From Candidatus Saganbacteria bacterium (GTDB taxonomy: Bacteria > Margulisbacteria > WOR-1 > JAKLHX01), in NCBI GenBank assembly GCA_026387835.1, contig JAPLKZ010000010.1, positions 206,379-238,378 of the forward strand: a stretch of DNA of 32,000 nucleotides, given 5' to 3'. Positions within the stretch are counted from its first letter, which is position 1, and each line of letters starts with the position of its first letter. Below are positions 19,139 to 30,438 of the stretch, in pieces. The notes beneath the pieces were generated by a model that was not told where the DNA came from, did no database searches, and was given only the letters and a program-made list of their open reading frames with translations. The position numbers and the translations under genes are program-made.

Positions 19139-20484
19139 TTTTTGCCGAATCCCCTGTAGAGCATGCCGCTTTTAGGGTCAGTGACCAGCTTCCAGTCGAT
19201 CATCAGGTCCATCAGGAACCTTGTCAGCAATATTGCCGTGAACATGCTGACGATGATACCGACACAGAGCGTCACGGCAAAGCCTTTGATCGTGCCCGTA
19301 CCGAAAAAGAAGAGCATGCCCGCCGCGATCACCGTCGTCACGTTAGAATCGAGTATCGCCGCGAAAGCCCTGTGAAAGCTTGTGTCGATCGCCATGCGCA
19401 GGTCTTTTCCGGACTGGAGCTCTTCTTTGAGCCTTTCAAATATTATGACGTTTGCATCGACCGCCATGCCGATAGACAGTAAAAATCCCGCGATGCCGGG
19501 AAGCGTAAGGGTAGTCCGCAGAACGGACAATACAGCCAGAGTAAAAAAGAAATAGAACACCAGAGAAAGATCGGCAAGAAGACCGGGGAAACGATAGTAC
19601 GCGATCATAAATACGATTATCGCAATGATCCCGACAAGACCGGCGAACTTGCTTTTATCAAGTGAATCCCTTCCGAGCGTCGGGCCTACGATCTTTGTCT
19701 CAAGTATCTTTATAGGAACAGGCAGCGACCCGCCCCTGAGCTGGACGACCAGGTCCTGGACCTGTTCGATCGTGAAACTCCCGGATATCTGGGCCCTTCC
19801 TGAAGGTATCGGCTCTCTCACGCTCGGGGCGGAAATTATTTTTTTGTCGAGAAGGATCGCGATCGGCTTGCCCACATTCCTCTCCGTCACGTTGGCAAAC
19901 GTACCGGCTCCTTTGGCGTTGAACTCAATGTCTACATTGGGATTCCCGAATTCATCCACCCCGGGCCAGGATCCTTTAAGATCGGCGCCCGTCAGGACCG
20001 TGCCTTTTAATATGATGGGCCTTTCGCTTATGATCCTTCCGTCCCTTCTGTCGATATATTTGTCGATCCTTGCACCTTTACCGTAGACCTGCTCCACTTT
20101 TGAAGGGGAAAGCACTGATTCATCGCCCGGAGCCCATTCGGCTTCCGCGAATTCAAGAAGTGCTGTCTCTCCAAGTACTTTTATGGCGTGTTCAGGGTCT
20201 TTTATCCCGGGAAGCTCAAGCACTATCTGGTTCGATCCCTTTTTTTGGATCATCGGTTCCGTCACGCCCAGAGCGTCGATCCTATTCCGTATAACAGCCA
20301 TCACTCCGGAAACGGCCTCGTCACCGGCTTTATAATCTTTGGTCGACTGAGCTTCAAGTACCAGTCTCGTGCCTCCCTGGATATCCAGGCCTAATATAAG
20401 AGGAAATTTATATGCGATGAAAGCCGCTGCCGCGACAAGGACCAACAGAGAAAGGACTTTAAGCTTTGTTAAATTTTCACCCAT
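19135..20484 (-). CDS. secD: Protein translocase subunit SecD (start set at 20484)
   Basis: LGLDIQGGTRLVLEAQ, GGSLPVPIKILETKIVGPTLGRDSLDKSK, GMAVDANVIIFERLKEEL. ATG 20484 gives MGENLTKLKVLSLLVLVAAAAFIAYKF; the ORF-track start at 20556 lies upstream of a consensus promoter. Confidence 0.94.
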   Translation of the reverse strand: MGENLTKLKVLSLLVLVAAAAFIAYKFPLILGLDIQGGTRLVLEAQSTKDYKAGDEAVSGVMAVIRNRIDALGVTEPMIQKKGSNQIVLELPGIKDPEHAIKVLGETALLEFAEAEWAPGDESVLSPSKVEQVYGKGARIDKYIDRRDGRIISERPIILKGTVLTGADLKGSWPGVDEFGNPNVDIEFNAKGAGTFANVTERNVGKPIAILLDKKIISAPSVREPIPSGRAQISGSFTIEQVQDLVVQLRGGSLPVPIKILETKIVGPTLGRDSLDKSKFAGLVGIIAIIVFMIAYYRFPGLLADLSLVFYFFFTLAVLSVLRTTLTLPGIAGFLLSIGMAVDANVIIFERLKEELQSGKDLRMAIDTSFHRAFAAILDSNVTTVIAAGMLFFFGTGTIKGFAVTLCVGIIVSMFTAILLTRFLMDLMIDWKLVTDPKSGMLYRGFGKK

Positions 20485-20497
20485 GTTTGCTGTTTTG

Positions 20498-20526
20498 ATT
20501 ATAGCAAAATTAAGTGAAATTTTCAA
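20498..20526 (-). promoter_or_regulatory. Consensus sigma70-type promoter for secD and downstream genes
   Basis: On the minus strand TTGAAA (20526-20521), 17-nt spacer, TATAAT (20503-20498), only about 14 nt before the secD ATG. Confidence 0.6.
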
Positions 20527-20583
20527 AAAATGCGTCCGATAAAGATTTGCAGACAATTTTATGAGGCCAAAGGAGGAACGGAT

Positions 20584-21564
20584 ATGAAAGCAGTAAGTTC
20601 ACTGGTTGGGTGGGGGAAAGCGAATGCCAGATTTAATAATAATCTACTGAAAGTCCCGGGGCATCCCGCGAACAGGATCGTTTTTTCGGGGATAGGAGAT
20701 GAAGCGGGACTCCCTATCGAAGCGCAGATAAGGGCTCATAAAGAATTGGGATGGGAACATATCGATCTTCGCCTGGTGCCTGATGTCGACGGGACAGCAA
20801 AAAATATTACTTTAGTCCAGCCGGAAGTCTTTGCCAATGTTAAAAAGGCGATCCTAGATGCAAAAATGTCTGTCGCCTGTTTTGAGACCTCCATAGCAAA
20901 CTGGAATAGGCCCATTAACGGCAATTTTGAAATAGATGTCCAAGAACTTAAATCGGCGATCGAAAGGATGAAACCGTTCGGCACTACTTTTATAAGGATA
21001 ATGTCATGGCAGAGAGTTCCGGAAATGGCCCTTGATATTACGAAAGATAACGTTCTCGCCAGAATGGATACACTTGTTACTATCGCGGAACAAGCCAAGG
21101 TCACATTACTTCTTGAAAATTGCGCGGGGTGGGCCGGAGAATCCCCTGAAAATTTCAACTGGCTGGTCCGTACAGTTGACTCTCCTAATCTCGCCTCCCT
21201 TTACGATACGGGCAACCCTGTTTCATATCTGCAGGACCCGATGAAGATGTACCTGGGCGTAAAAGAATGGACGCGCTATGTTCATATAAAAGATTGTACA
21301 AACTTATCAGGAAAAAAAGGTTTGGAAGCTTACACTTATCCCGGGGTGGGCCAAGGCCGGGTAAAAGATACTATAAAAGATCTTCTCCTTTCCGGATATC
21401 AGGGGGCGCTTGTGATCGAGCCCCATCTCGCGGCGGTGATACATAAAGGCACGACCGCAGATCCTCAGATATTATATGACTCCTATGTAAATTATGGTCT
21501 CAGGCTTCAGAATTTAGTTAAAATTGTCCAGAGAGAGATCGCAGAAGGAGGAATAATAAAATGA
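20584..21564 (+). CDS. Sugar phosphate isomerase/epimerase-like TIM-barrel protein
   Basis: AAAGGAGGAACGGATATG strong SD/start; ENCAGW..., NLASLYDTGNPV, YVHIKDC, GALVIEPHL pattern of the xylose isomerase-like TIM barrel superfamily. Confidence 0.72.
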   Translation: MKAVSSLVGWGKANARFNNNLLKVPGHPANRIVFSGIGDEAGLPIEAQIRAHKELGWEHIDLRLVPDVDGTAKNITLVQPEVFANVKKAILDAKMSVACFETSIANWNRPINGNFEIDVQELKSAIERMKPFGTTFIRIMSWQRVPEMALDITKDNVLARMDTLVTIAEQAKVTLLLENCAGWAGESPENFNWLVRTVDSPNLASLYDTGNPVSYLQDPMKMYLGVKEWTRYVHIKDCTNLSGKKGLEAYTYPGVGQGRVKDTIKDLLLSGYQGALVIEPHLAAVIHKGTTADPQILYDSYVNYGLRLQNLVKIVQREIAEGGIIK

Positions 21565-22727
21565 ACATTAGCTCAATAAAAGCGAAGCCGTTCAGCAGAG
21601 CCGATCTTTCAAAGTCTTTTATTCCGCAGGCGTTCATAAAAGGAAGGGGGGGTTCTTTTTGCGGGACCACTGTTGTTGACCAGCTCCTCCCGGTAAGCGG
21701 CGCCCCGGGTGAAGATAAACTTGTGATAGCAACAGGGGAAAGGGTCATGTCCACAGGCGGACTCGTGTGCAATGACGCTATTGCCATGAGGAAATTAATG
21801 CCCATCCCTGTACAGGCAGTAGGGCTTTTGGGAGCTCTTGATGACGGCAGGATCGACGGTGAAGGGGCTTGGGCCCGGGCCGAATTGCAAAAACACGGGA
21901 TAGATGTTACCGGGCTTGTTCCCATGAAAAGCAGGTCCACGTCTTTTACCTGGATACCGACAAATGATAAGACCGGCAAAAGAGGTTTTATCCACAACGC
22001 AGGCGCCTGCAGCGTGTTCGACGGATCAACTTTTCCTTTTGACAAGACCTGGGACCAATCGATCGCGTTTATCGGTTACATGAACCTTCTTCCCGCGCTG
22101 TATGCCAACGAAGGAAGAGGAGCTGCCGAACTTTTTCAGGAGATCCACAGAAGAAAGGGCTCATTGATCGGTGTTGATTTTACTGATATCTATGATAATG
22201 AATTCAAGGACGTTTTCGCGGCATCAGCCCGGAATGTAGATTTCATGATCATAAATGAGACTTCTCTGGCCAAAGCAACGGACATCGATTTCTCAGCCCC
22301 GGGAGATGACGTTGACGGCGACAAGCTTTTGTCTGCCGCACAAACTGTCATTGAACAAAACCCTACACTGAACTGGCTGGCGATCCACTGGCCGAAAGGC
22401 GGATTGTTCTACAGAAACGACCATCTTGCAGTAGCATTCCCGGCTTACCAACGCGATCAAAAAGAGATAGCAGGAACAACAGGAGCAGGAGACAACTGGG
22501 CTGCAGGGTTTCTGGCAGCCGCATATTACGGCAATGGGCCTTTGTACGCGCTTGCTCTCGGGACGGCAGCGGCATCTAAGTCATTAGAGCATATTTCCGC
22601 TACAGGAGCTTCCGGAAGCTTTCAGGAACTTCACTCTCTGATGAAAAAATGCGGCCACAAACCATTGGCGGCCGGATTGGCCCAGTTCGCTCTGCCGGAT
22701 TCTGAATTGACCTGGAATATGCCATGA
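21561..22727 (+). CDS. PfkB/ribokinase-family carbohydrate kinase
   Basis: C-terminal motif IAGTTGAGDNWAAGFLAA and N-terminal GG-rich substrate region; overlaps upstream gene by 4 nt. Confidence 0.82.
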   Translation: MNISSIKAKPFSRADLSKSFIPQAFIKGRGGSFCGTTVVDQLLPVSGAPGEDKLVIATGERVMSTGGLVCNDAIAMRKLMPIPVQAVGLLGALDDGRIDGEGAWARAELQKHGIDVTGLVPMKSRSTSFTWIPTNDKTGKRGFIHNAGACSVFDGSTFPFDKTWDQSIAFIGYMNLLPALYANEGRGAAELFQEIHRRKGSLIGVDFTDIYDNEFKDVFAASARNVDFMIINETSLAKATDIDFSAPGDDVDGDKLLSAAQTVIEQNPTLNWLAIHWPKGGLFYRNDHLAVAFPAYQRDQKEIAGTTGAGDNWAAGFLAAAYYGNGPLYALALGTAAASKSLEHISATGASGSFQELHSLMKKCGHKPLAAGLAQFALPDSELTWNMP

Positions 22728-22745
22728 ATAATGCCAAAATAGAGG

Positions 22746-22931
22746 TCAGGGATTGATGCAGTTGCCTATGCTCCTGTCGCCTGTCTTTTCAGCTTCCCTG
22801 CTGAAATAGCACGCCGGCACCTCGCCTAATTGCCTGTGGTAATGTAAGCACTCGCAGCACTTGAATTTTTTTTCGCACGAAAAAGTGCAGTTGCAGTATT
22901 TTTTGTTTTTCTCAAGATTTGGACAATCCAT
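22746..22931 (-). CDS. Small cysteine-rich protein, DUF6485-like
   Basis: [54 protein letters not shown]; GGAGG SD before ATG. Resembles the widespread small Cys-rich family recalled as DUF6485. Confidence 0.75.
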   Translation of the reverse strand: MDCPNLEKNKKYCNCTFSCEKKFKCCECLHYHRQLGEVPACYFSREAEKTGDRSIGNCINP

Positions 22932-22991
22932 ATATTATCCTCCGTTTATGTTTTTTTATTGCGTTATCAGTTATTAGTTATAAGTTATCGG

Positions 22992-25287
<2,296 letters not shown>

Positions 25288-25382
25288 TCAATTATACAAT
25301 AGATGATTTATGATAAAAGGATTAATTGGTTATATTATTGCCAAATAAATCTATATCCGGCATCAGTTCTCCGGTTGTTTCC

Positions 25383-25964
25383 TTAACGGTTTAAGTCCTC
25401 GAGAAGTCGAACCGCGTGACTCTTGAAGCGAAGCCCTGCAAGATTGAAGCTGTGGCATTCGAGGGTCAAGCGGCGAAGAAAAAAAAGTTTTCGCGATATC
25501 GGGGTTTTTGTCCATTCCCAATTTCTTCCGGATAGTTGGCATCTGACTTTTGCCGCAGCATATAACCATTCTTTTTCGGTTGGAAGCCTAAAACTTCTTC
25601 CGGTCATTTCGCTCAACCATTCAGCATATGCCAGGCCGTCATTCAAGCTTATATATGTTGCCGTTATGCTTTGATCTGTTCCGGCAAGAGTTTGTTTTAG
25701 GGATCTCGCGTTTTGGCCAGCAATCTCGTATTCTGCACTACTAACAAATTGGCCGAATTGGCCTATTGTCAGCTCGTCTTTCATTATTCTAAAAGACTTT
25801 TCGGTAATTTTTACGAACGCCGGTATTTCTATGCGCGATAAGACTACCTTATTCCCTCGCATTATTCTATCTGCTCCTGATAATGCGGCTCTAAAGTCTC
25901 GACTTGATACTGGTTTCCCCCCGCTTGTCCATCCGCTCATGATCCCTCTAATACTGTTCGTCAT
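25383..25964 (-). CDS. Formylglycine-generating enzyme/SUMF1-like protein, apparently internally collapsed or degenerate
   Basis: KDELTIGQFGQFVSSAEY...YISLNDGLAYAEWLSEMTGRSFRLPTEKEWLYAA is the FGE-sulfatase pattern; the middle (WGN..., RGGSW) is absent and the chain goes straight to GRNWEWTKTP and a short tail. An 8-A/T homopolymer sits at 25479-25486. Confidence 0.55.
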   Translation of the reverse strand: MTNSIRGIMSGWTSGGKPVSSRDFRAALSGADRIMRGNKVVLSRIEIPAFVKITEKSFRIMKDELTIGQFGQFVSSAEYEIAGQNARSLKQTLAGTDQSITATYISLNDGLAYAEWLSEMTGRSFRLPTEKEWLYAAAKVRCQLSGRNWEWTKTPISRKLFFLRRLTLECHSFNLAGLRFKSHAVRLLEDLNR

Positions 25965-26183
25965 TTTTCTCCTATCGATATTTTTGCCATATCCTCAACC
26001 GCTTAATTATGGCGTTATTTTTATCTATATATGTATCGAATAGAAATATCGGGGATTTCACTTTTTTTATTTGTAATTCGGTGCAATCTGCGATCTATGC
26101 GACCGGGATTTTACAAGTCATTCTATGCTTTTGACTTGACATTTAGATGTTTAGCTTGTATCATACTCTCGAGGTGCACCGTA

Positions 26184-26417
26184 ATGACAATAAAGACCAC
26201 AGTATCAAAAAGAGGCCAGACAGCTGTTCCGGCTGAGATCTGCAACAAGTACGGAATAAAAGCGGGACAAAAGATAGCGTGGCTCGATCTCGGGAATATG
26301 GTCAGCGTGGTCCCCGTACCGGAAAATCCAATAAAATCATTCCGCGGGAGTTCAAGTGGTCTGTATAAGACCCTTATCAGCGAAAGGAAAAAAGAAAGAA
26401 AACGTGAAAAAGACTAG
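26184..26417 (+). CDS. AbrB/MazE-like (SpoVT-AbrB fold) antitoxin
   Basis: MTIKTTVSKRGQTAVPAEICNKYGIKAGQKIAWLDLGNMVSVVPV; ATG 26184 preceded by GAGGTG. Confidence 0.78.
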   Translation: MTIKTTVSKRGQTAVPAEICNKYGIKAGQKIAWLDLGNMVSVVPVPENPIKSFRGSSSGLYKTLISERKKERKREKD

Positions 26418-26820
26418 GTCATTCGTCCTTGACACCTCGGCAGTCTTCTGCCTTAAAGACAACGAGAACGGCGCCTCAAAGGTAGAGGATATTATAAAGT
26501 CGTGCGCCAAGGGGCAGTGCGAAATATATATTTCCTTTATGACCCTTATGGAGTATTACTATATCAGCACCATCCGGCTCGGCGAAGACTCGGCACGCCA
26601 GGCTTATCATCAACTGACCTTGCTTCCTTTTATTGTCATAGAAAGCGATGAAGAACTCGGCCTTGCAGCCGCGGAATTGAAAGCAAACCACAATATTTCC
26701 GTCGCCGATTCCTGGATAGCCGCGATCGCGCTAAAGACAAACTCTGTTCTTGTCCATCGGGACCCTGAGTTTGGATCTATTTCTAAACATGTGAAGTGTC
26801 TTGCCCTGCCGTATAAATAA
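26404..26820 (+). CDS. PIN-domain (VapC-like) toxin, GTG start overlapping antitoxin
   Basis: FVLDTSAVFCLKDNE N-terminal PIN Asp motif, Glu in YISFMTLMEYY, and NISVADSWIAAIALKTNSVLVHRDPEF C-terminal acidic motif. Confidence 0.82.
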   Translation: MKKTRSFVLDTSAVFCLKDNENGASKVEDIIKSCAKGQCEIYISFMTLMEYYYISTIRLGEDSARQAYHQLTLLPFIVIESDEELGLAAAELKANHNISVADSWIAAIALKTNSVLVHRDPEFGSISKHVKCLALPYK

Positions 26821-26823
26821 GAA

Positions 26824-27876
26824 CTACAGTATCAGCATCGCATCGCCGAAGGAATAAAAGCGGTATCTTTCTTTTATCGCAGTCTCATACGCGCGCTTTA
26901 TAGTTTCATTTCCCGCAAAAGCACTCACAAGCATGAGCAGAGTAGACTTGGGAAAGTGGAAATTGGTTATCATCCGGTCGACAACGTTGAATTTAAAAGG
27001 CGGGTATATGAATATTTTTGCGCTGTCCTTTGTTTCTTTAACCTTCCCATGTTTTAAAAAACAATCCTCGAGTGTTCGGACAACGGTCGTCCCGACAGCG
27101 ACCACTTTATGCTTGTCTTTTTTTGCCTTGTTTATATAGAACTCGACTTCAGGGCCTATCTCGTATTCCTCTTCGAACATCTCGTGGTCTTCTATTCTCT
27201 CCGCGGTGACTGGTTTGAACGTTCCGACGCCCGGGTGAAGAGTGATGCTCGCCATCTCGACGCCTTTTGTCTCAATGGCGACAAGCAGTTCTTTCGTAAA
27301 ATGAAGCCCGGCTGTCGGAGCGGCAGAGGCACCTTCCTTTTTCGCGTAGACCGTCTGGTAGCGCTCTTTCATTTCGGAAGAATTCCTTTGCGGTTCATCG
27401 AGCCTCTGGCTTATATACGGCGGCAGGGGGACTTTGCCGATCTCTTCCAGCAATGAATTAAGATCGCCTTCGCAGTCGAACTTTATTATCCGCCTCAGAT
27501 CATCGACCTCTTTGATAACGGTTCCTCTGCACTTTTCAAAATCTATCTCATATCCCTTCTTTACTCTTTTTGCGGGCTGCACAAGACATTCCCATGTGTT
27601 CTCTTCAAACAATATCTTCTTTAGCAGAAGGACTTCGACCTTACCGCCGCCGTTTACTTTCCTGCCGAACAGCCTGGCAGGGATCACTTTAGTGTCATTT
27701 AATATCAGGAGATCGCCTTTTTGCAAATAGTCCGGGAGGTCTGAAAATTTTTTATGCGCTGTTTCGCGGCTTTCCCTGTCAATGATCATCAGCCGCGAGG
27801 AATCCCTTTTTCCCAAAGGCTTTGATGCTATCAGGTCCTCGGGGAGAGGATAGTCAAATTCGCTGGTAAGTGTCAT
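26824..27876 (-). CDS. queA: S-adenosylmethionine:tRNA ribosyltransferase-isomerase
   Basis: SEFDYPLPEDLIASKPL, LILNDTKVIPARLFGRK, GLHFTKELL, HPGVGTFKPV, MITNFHFPKSTLLMLVSAF. Confidence 0.96.
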   Translation of the reverse strand: MTLTSEFDYPLPEDLIASKPLGKRDSSRLMIIDRESRETAHKKFSDLPDYLQKGDLLILNDTKVIPARLFGRKVNGGGKVEVLLLKKILFEENTWECLVQPAKRVKKGYEIDFEKCRGTVIKEVDDLRRIIKFDCEGDLNSLLEEIGKVPLPPYISQRLDEPQRNSSEMKERYQTVYAKKEGASAAPTAGLHFTKELLVAIETKGVEMASITLHPGVGTFKPVTAERIEDHEMFEEEYEIGPEVEFYINKAKKDKHKVVAVGTTVVRTLEDCFLKHGKVKETKDSAKIFIYPPFKFNVVDRMITNFHFPKSTLLMLVSAFAGNETIKRAYETAIKERYRFYSFGDAMLIL

Positions 27877-27885
27877 CCGGGAACT

Positions 27886-28512
27886 TTATGATTTTAGCTG
27901 GAACTTCACCGGGATCTTGAACCAGGCTTCTATGGCTTCTTTCTGGCTGACGGCCGGTTCAAATCTCCACTGCGAGACCCCTGCTATCGCCGACCTGTCC
28001 AGTATCTCGTGTCCGGATGTCTGTTCAAGAACGGCGTCCCCCACTCTTCCGTTCTTCAGTATGAATATCTTAACGACAGCGGTCCCCTGCATCCCGCCTT
28101 CGATCGCCTTGACCGGATAATCCGGAATAGATCTATAAACTATTTTTGGCGGGAATATGCCCGCAGATGCCGGGGATGCCTGAGAAAGCACCATGTTCTC
28201 AGAAGCCGCGCTTCCTGCTTTGTCGATTACTGCTGTTTTAGGAGCGGCGGCGGCCGAAGGCTTTGCCAGGCTCATGAAACTGCCGACTTTTACCGCGTTC
28301 TTATTTGTCTTTGCTTCTATCACAGGCATGACCGAAAGCTCGGTCGAGACCGTAAATACCGGGACCACCCTCTCGACTTTCACGAAAGAGCTTTCCAGCT
28401 TTGCCACTCCCCACGCGAAAGTGATCAGCAGGAACATCGCTATTACTACGGACAGGTCGACTTCGGGGATCCTCGACAGTCTCATCCCGGTCAGTCTTTC
28501 TTTGTATAACAT
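27886..28512 (-). CDS. TonB-like energy transducer
   Basis: Single N-terminal TM plus C-terminal PDYPVKAIEGGMQGTAVVKIFILKNGRVGDAVLEQTSGHEILDRSAIAGVSQWRFEPA, the TonB C-terminal domain. Confidence 0.88.
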   Translation of the reverse strand: MLYKERLTGMRLSRIPEVDLSVVIAMFLLITFAWGVAKLESSFVKVERVVPVFTVSTELSVMPVIEAKTNKNAVKVGSFMSLAKPSAAAAPKTAVIDKAGSAASENMVLSQASPASAGIFPPKIVYRSIPDYPVKAIEGGMQGTAVVKIFILKNGRVGDAVLEQTSGHEILDRSAIAGVSQWRFEPAVSQKEAIEAWFKIPVKFQLKS

Positions 28513-28580
28513 TTTGTTTCCTCCTTTTATATTTTACTCTACAATATTTTTCGGGTCAACTAAAATCCTCTATTCCCCTG

Positions 28581-30434
28581 TTAGATCCGCACCCCTAATC
28601 GTATTGTCCTGCCGGGCATCGGATAGCCTCTCTCCTTCCAGTCCACGGGGCTTGTGCCCACAGACTCAAAATATGTGGTATTAAAGACATTGCTGACATT
28701 AAGGGATACTTCTGCAGCCCATATCTTTTCCATAATCCCGACATCCACAACCTGGTATGGGTTTAAAGCGCTTGTATTAAGAGTATCAGTGAACACGCTT
28801 GAGACATACCTGTAATTAGCGGAGTAATAAAGCTCCCCGCCTTTTATTGAAAAGCCCAGATTTATCCTCTGTCTCGGACTGTATGTCAGTATATTGGAAG
28901 TCACATCGTTAATATCAAGCTCATTGACATAACTGCCGAAAATAAATGTATTGTCTGTGATTTCCTTTTCCATGTCCAGCTGCCAGCCCTCTATCTTTGC
29001 CCTGTCAATATTCACCGGAGACCAGCTGAAAAGCCCTGTCTGCGACCATCTGATCATATCCGATATTTTTGTGGAATAGTAATTGAGCTTGGCCGAAAAA
29101 CCTTTTATTTCTTTTTCTATTCCGATATTGACCGCCCTTGACGTCTCCGGTTTTAAATTTGGATTTCCGAATGTAAAGAAAGACGGATCGTTCCAGTAAA
29201 GCTCGTTTATCGTCGGGGCGCGGAACGCCTGGCCGATCGTTGTCCTTACTACCGTCCCCGCCCCGAGGTTTGCCATGACGCTGAGCTTTGGGTTGAATGT
29301 CTGGCCGAACGAAGAGTTTGAATCATATCTTGCCGAGATCCCCAGGCTCGCCGGGAGGTCTTCTCCGATATCCGCGTTAAAATACGCGGCGGCATTATCT
29401 ATGGCATGGGTATCTGCGAGGGCGCTTTCCCCGTAATTCCTTTTCATCTCTACCCCTGCGGTCACGGAAGAATGCCGGCTTGTTTTTATTACCGATAAAA
29501 GCTCTGCCTGGGTGACCCGGCTGAAATACCTGTCATCATAAAAAAGTCCGCTGACAAACCAGTCTTCATAATGCACTCTTTCGTCCGATTCGCTCTGCGA
29601 CAGGATGAGCTTCGGCACAAAGGGTCCTTTTTTGACAGGATCAAATGTGATGTTCACGGTAGATGTCAGGTCGCTCTGCCTGTCATTCGGGGTAGAAGAT
29701 GATGTCGGATCGGTATCGGATGTCGGGACCCCGGGATTGCCTCTGTCCGATGTTTTTGTCGTGTATTTAATATCTAACGCATCCGCTATGTTGATGTTGA
29801 CTAAAAGGTCCTGTCCTTTATAGTCGCTGTTAGTCCTGAAACCGTCGGTCTTTAAATATCCTAAAGACGCATATCCTGTCGCTTTCCCCATCTTTCCTGA
29901 AAAAGAAATTCTGGAATCAAGTTCGCCAAAGCTTCCTCCGGCAATAGAAACTGAAACAGGGTTTTTCTCTTCCTTCTTTGTGATTATGTTTATCACGCCG
30001 CCCATCGCATCAGACCCGTAGATGGATGAGATCGGCTCCGCGACTACCTCGATCCTGTCTATGTACGAGGCCGGAATATCGTTCAGGTCGGTCATGCCGA
30101 GAAGCGAGGAATTCAACCTGACGCCGTCAAGAAGCACTAGGATCTGTTCCGACGAAGCGCTTTTCAGTTTGATCGTGGATACTCCTCCCAGGCCTCCGTT
30201 GTTCTTTACATATACTATGCTGGACCTTTTGAGCGCGTCGGAAACTGTAAGCGAGCCCGAGGCTTCGATCTCCCTTGAAGAGATGACCGTCACATTCTCG
30301 AACGTCCTGCTCAAAAGAAGAGGCCTTTTCTGAGCGGTCACAACGACCTTGTCTCCGTAAAATACAGGGGCATCGGCTGCGAGGACCGGGGCAAAAAACA
30401 GAGGCAGGAACAATAAGCAGATCGCCTTTTTCAT
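28581..30434 (-). CDS. TonB-dependent outer-membrane receptor, BtuB-like (vitamin B12)
   Basis: Signal peptide, DKVVVTAQKRP TonB box-like segment, plug domain (VLVLLDGVRLNS-type, YGSDAMGGVINIITKK), C-terminal beta-barrel; preceded by a cobalamin riboswitch. Confidence 0.88.
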   Translation of the reverse strand: MKKAICLLFLPLFFAPVLAADAPVFYGDKVVVTAQKRPLLLSRTFENVTVISSREIEASGSLTVSDALKRSSIVYVKNNGGLGGVSTIKLKSASSEQILVLLDGVRLNSSLLGMTDLNDIPASYIDRIEVVAEPISSIYGSDAMGGVINIITKKEEKNPVSVSIAGGSFGELDSRISFSGKMGKATGYASLGYLKTDGFRTNSDYKGQDLLVNINIADALDIKYTTKTSDRGNPGVPTSDTDPTSSSTPNDRQSDLTSTVNITFDPVKKGPFVPKLILSQSESDERVHYEDWFVSGLFYDDRYFSRVTQAELLSVIKTSRHSSVTAGVEMKRNYGESALADTHAIDNAAAYFNADIGEDLPASLGISARYDSNSSFGQTFNPKLSVMANLGAGTVVRTTIGQAFRAPTINELYWNDPSFFTFGNPNLKPETSRAVNIGIEKEIKGFSAKLNYYSTKISDMIRWSQTGLFSWSPVNIDRAKIEGWQLDMEKEITDNTFIFGSYVNELDINDVTSNILTYSPRQRINLGFSIKGGELYYSANYRYVSSVFTDTLNTSALNPYQVVDVGIMEKIWAAEVSLNVSNVFNTTYFESVGTSPVDWKERGYPMPGRTIRLGVRI

Positions 30435-30438
30435 CTTA

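Noticed and set aside
20530-20583. Upstream start of the isomerase (MRPIKICRQFYEAKGGTD)
   Set aside because: A strong AAAGGAGG SD is placed correctly for ATG 20584, and the extension would translate through that SD.
25383-25560. Diversity-generating retroelement target (FGE-like C-terminus as variable region)
   Set aside because: No reverse transcriptase and no template-repeat copy of this segment were found in the window, and the conventional variable region is absent. Retained only as a question in the finding.
25831-26043. Plus-strand 70-aa ORF with a hydrophobic end as a possible type I toxin
   Set aside because: It is largely antisense to the FGE-like gene, has no identifiable antitoxin RNA signature, and its hydrophobic stretch can be explained by AT-rich sequence.
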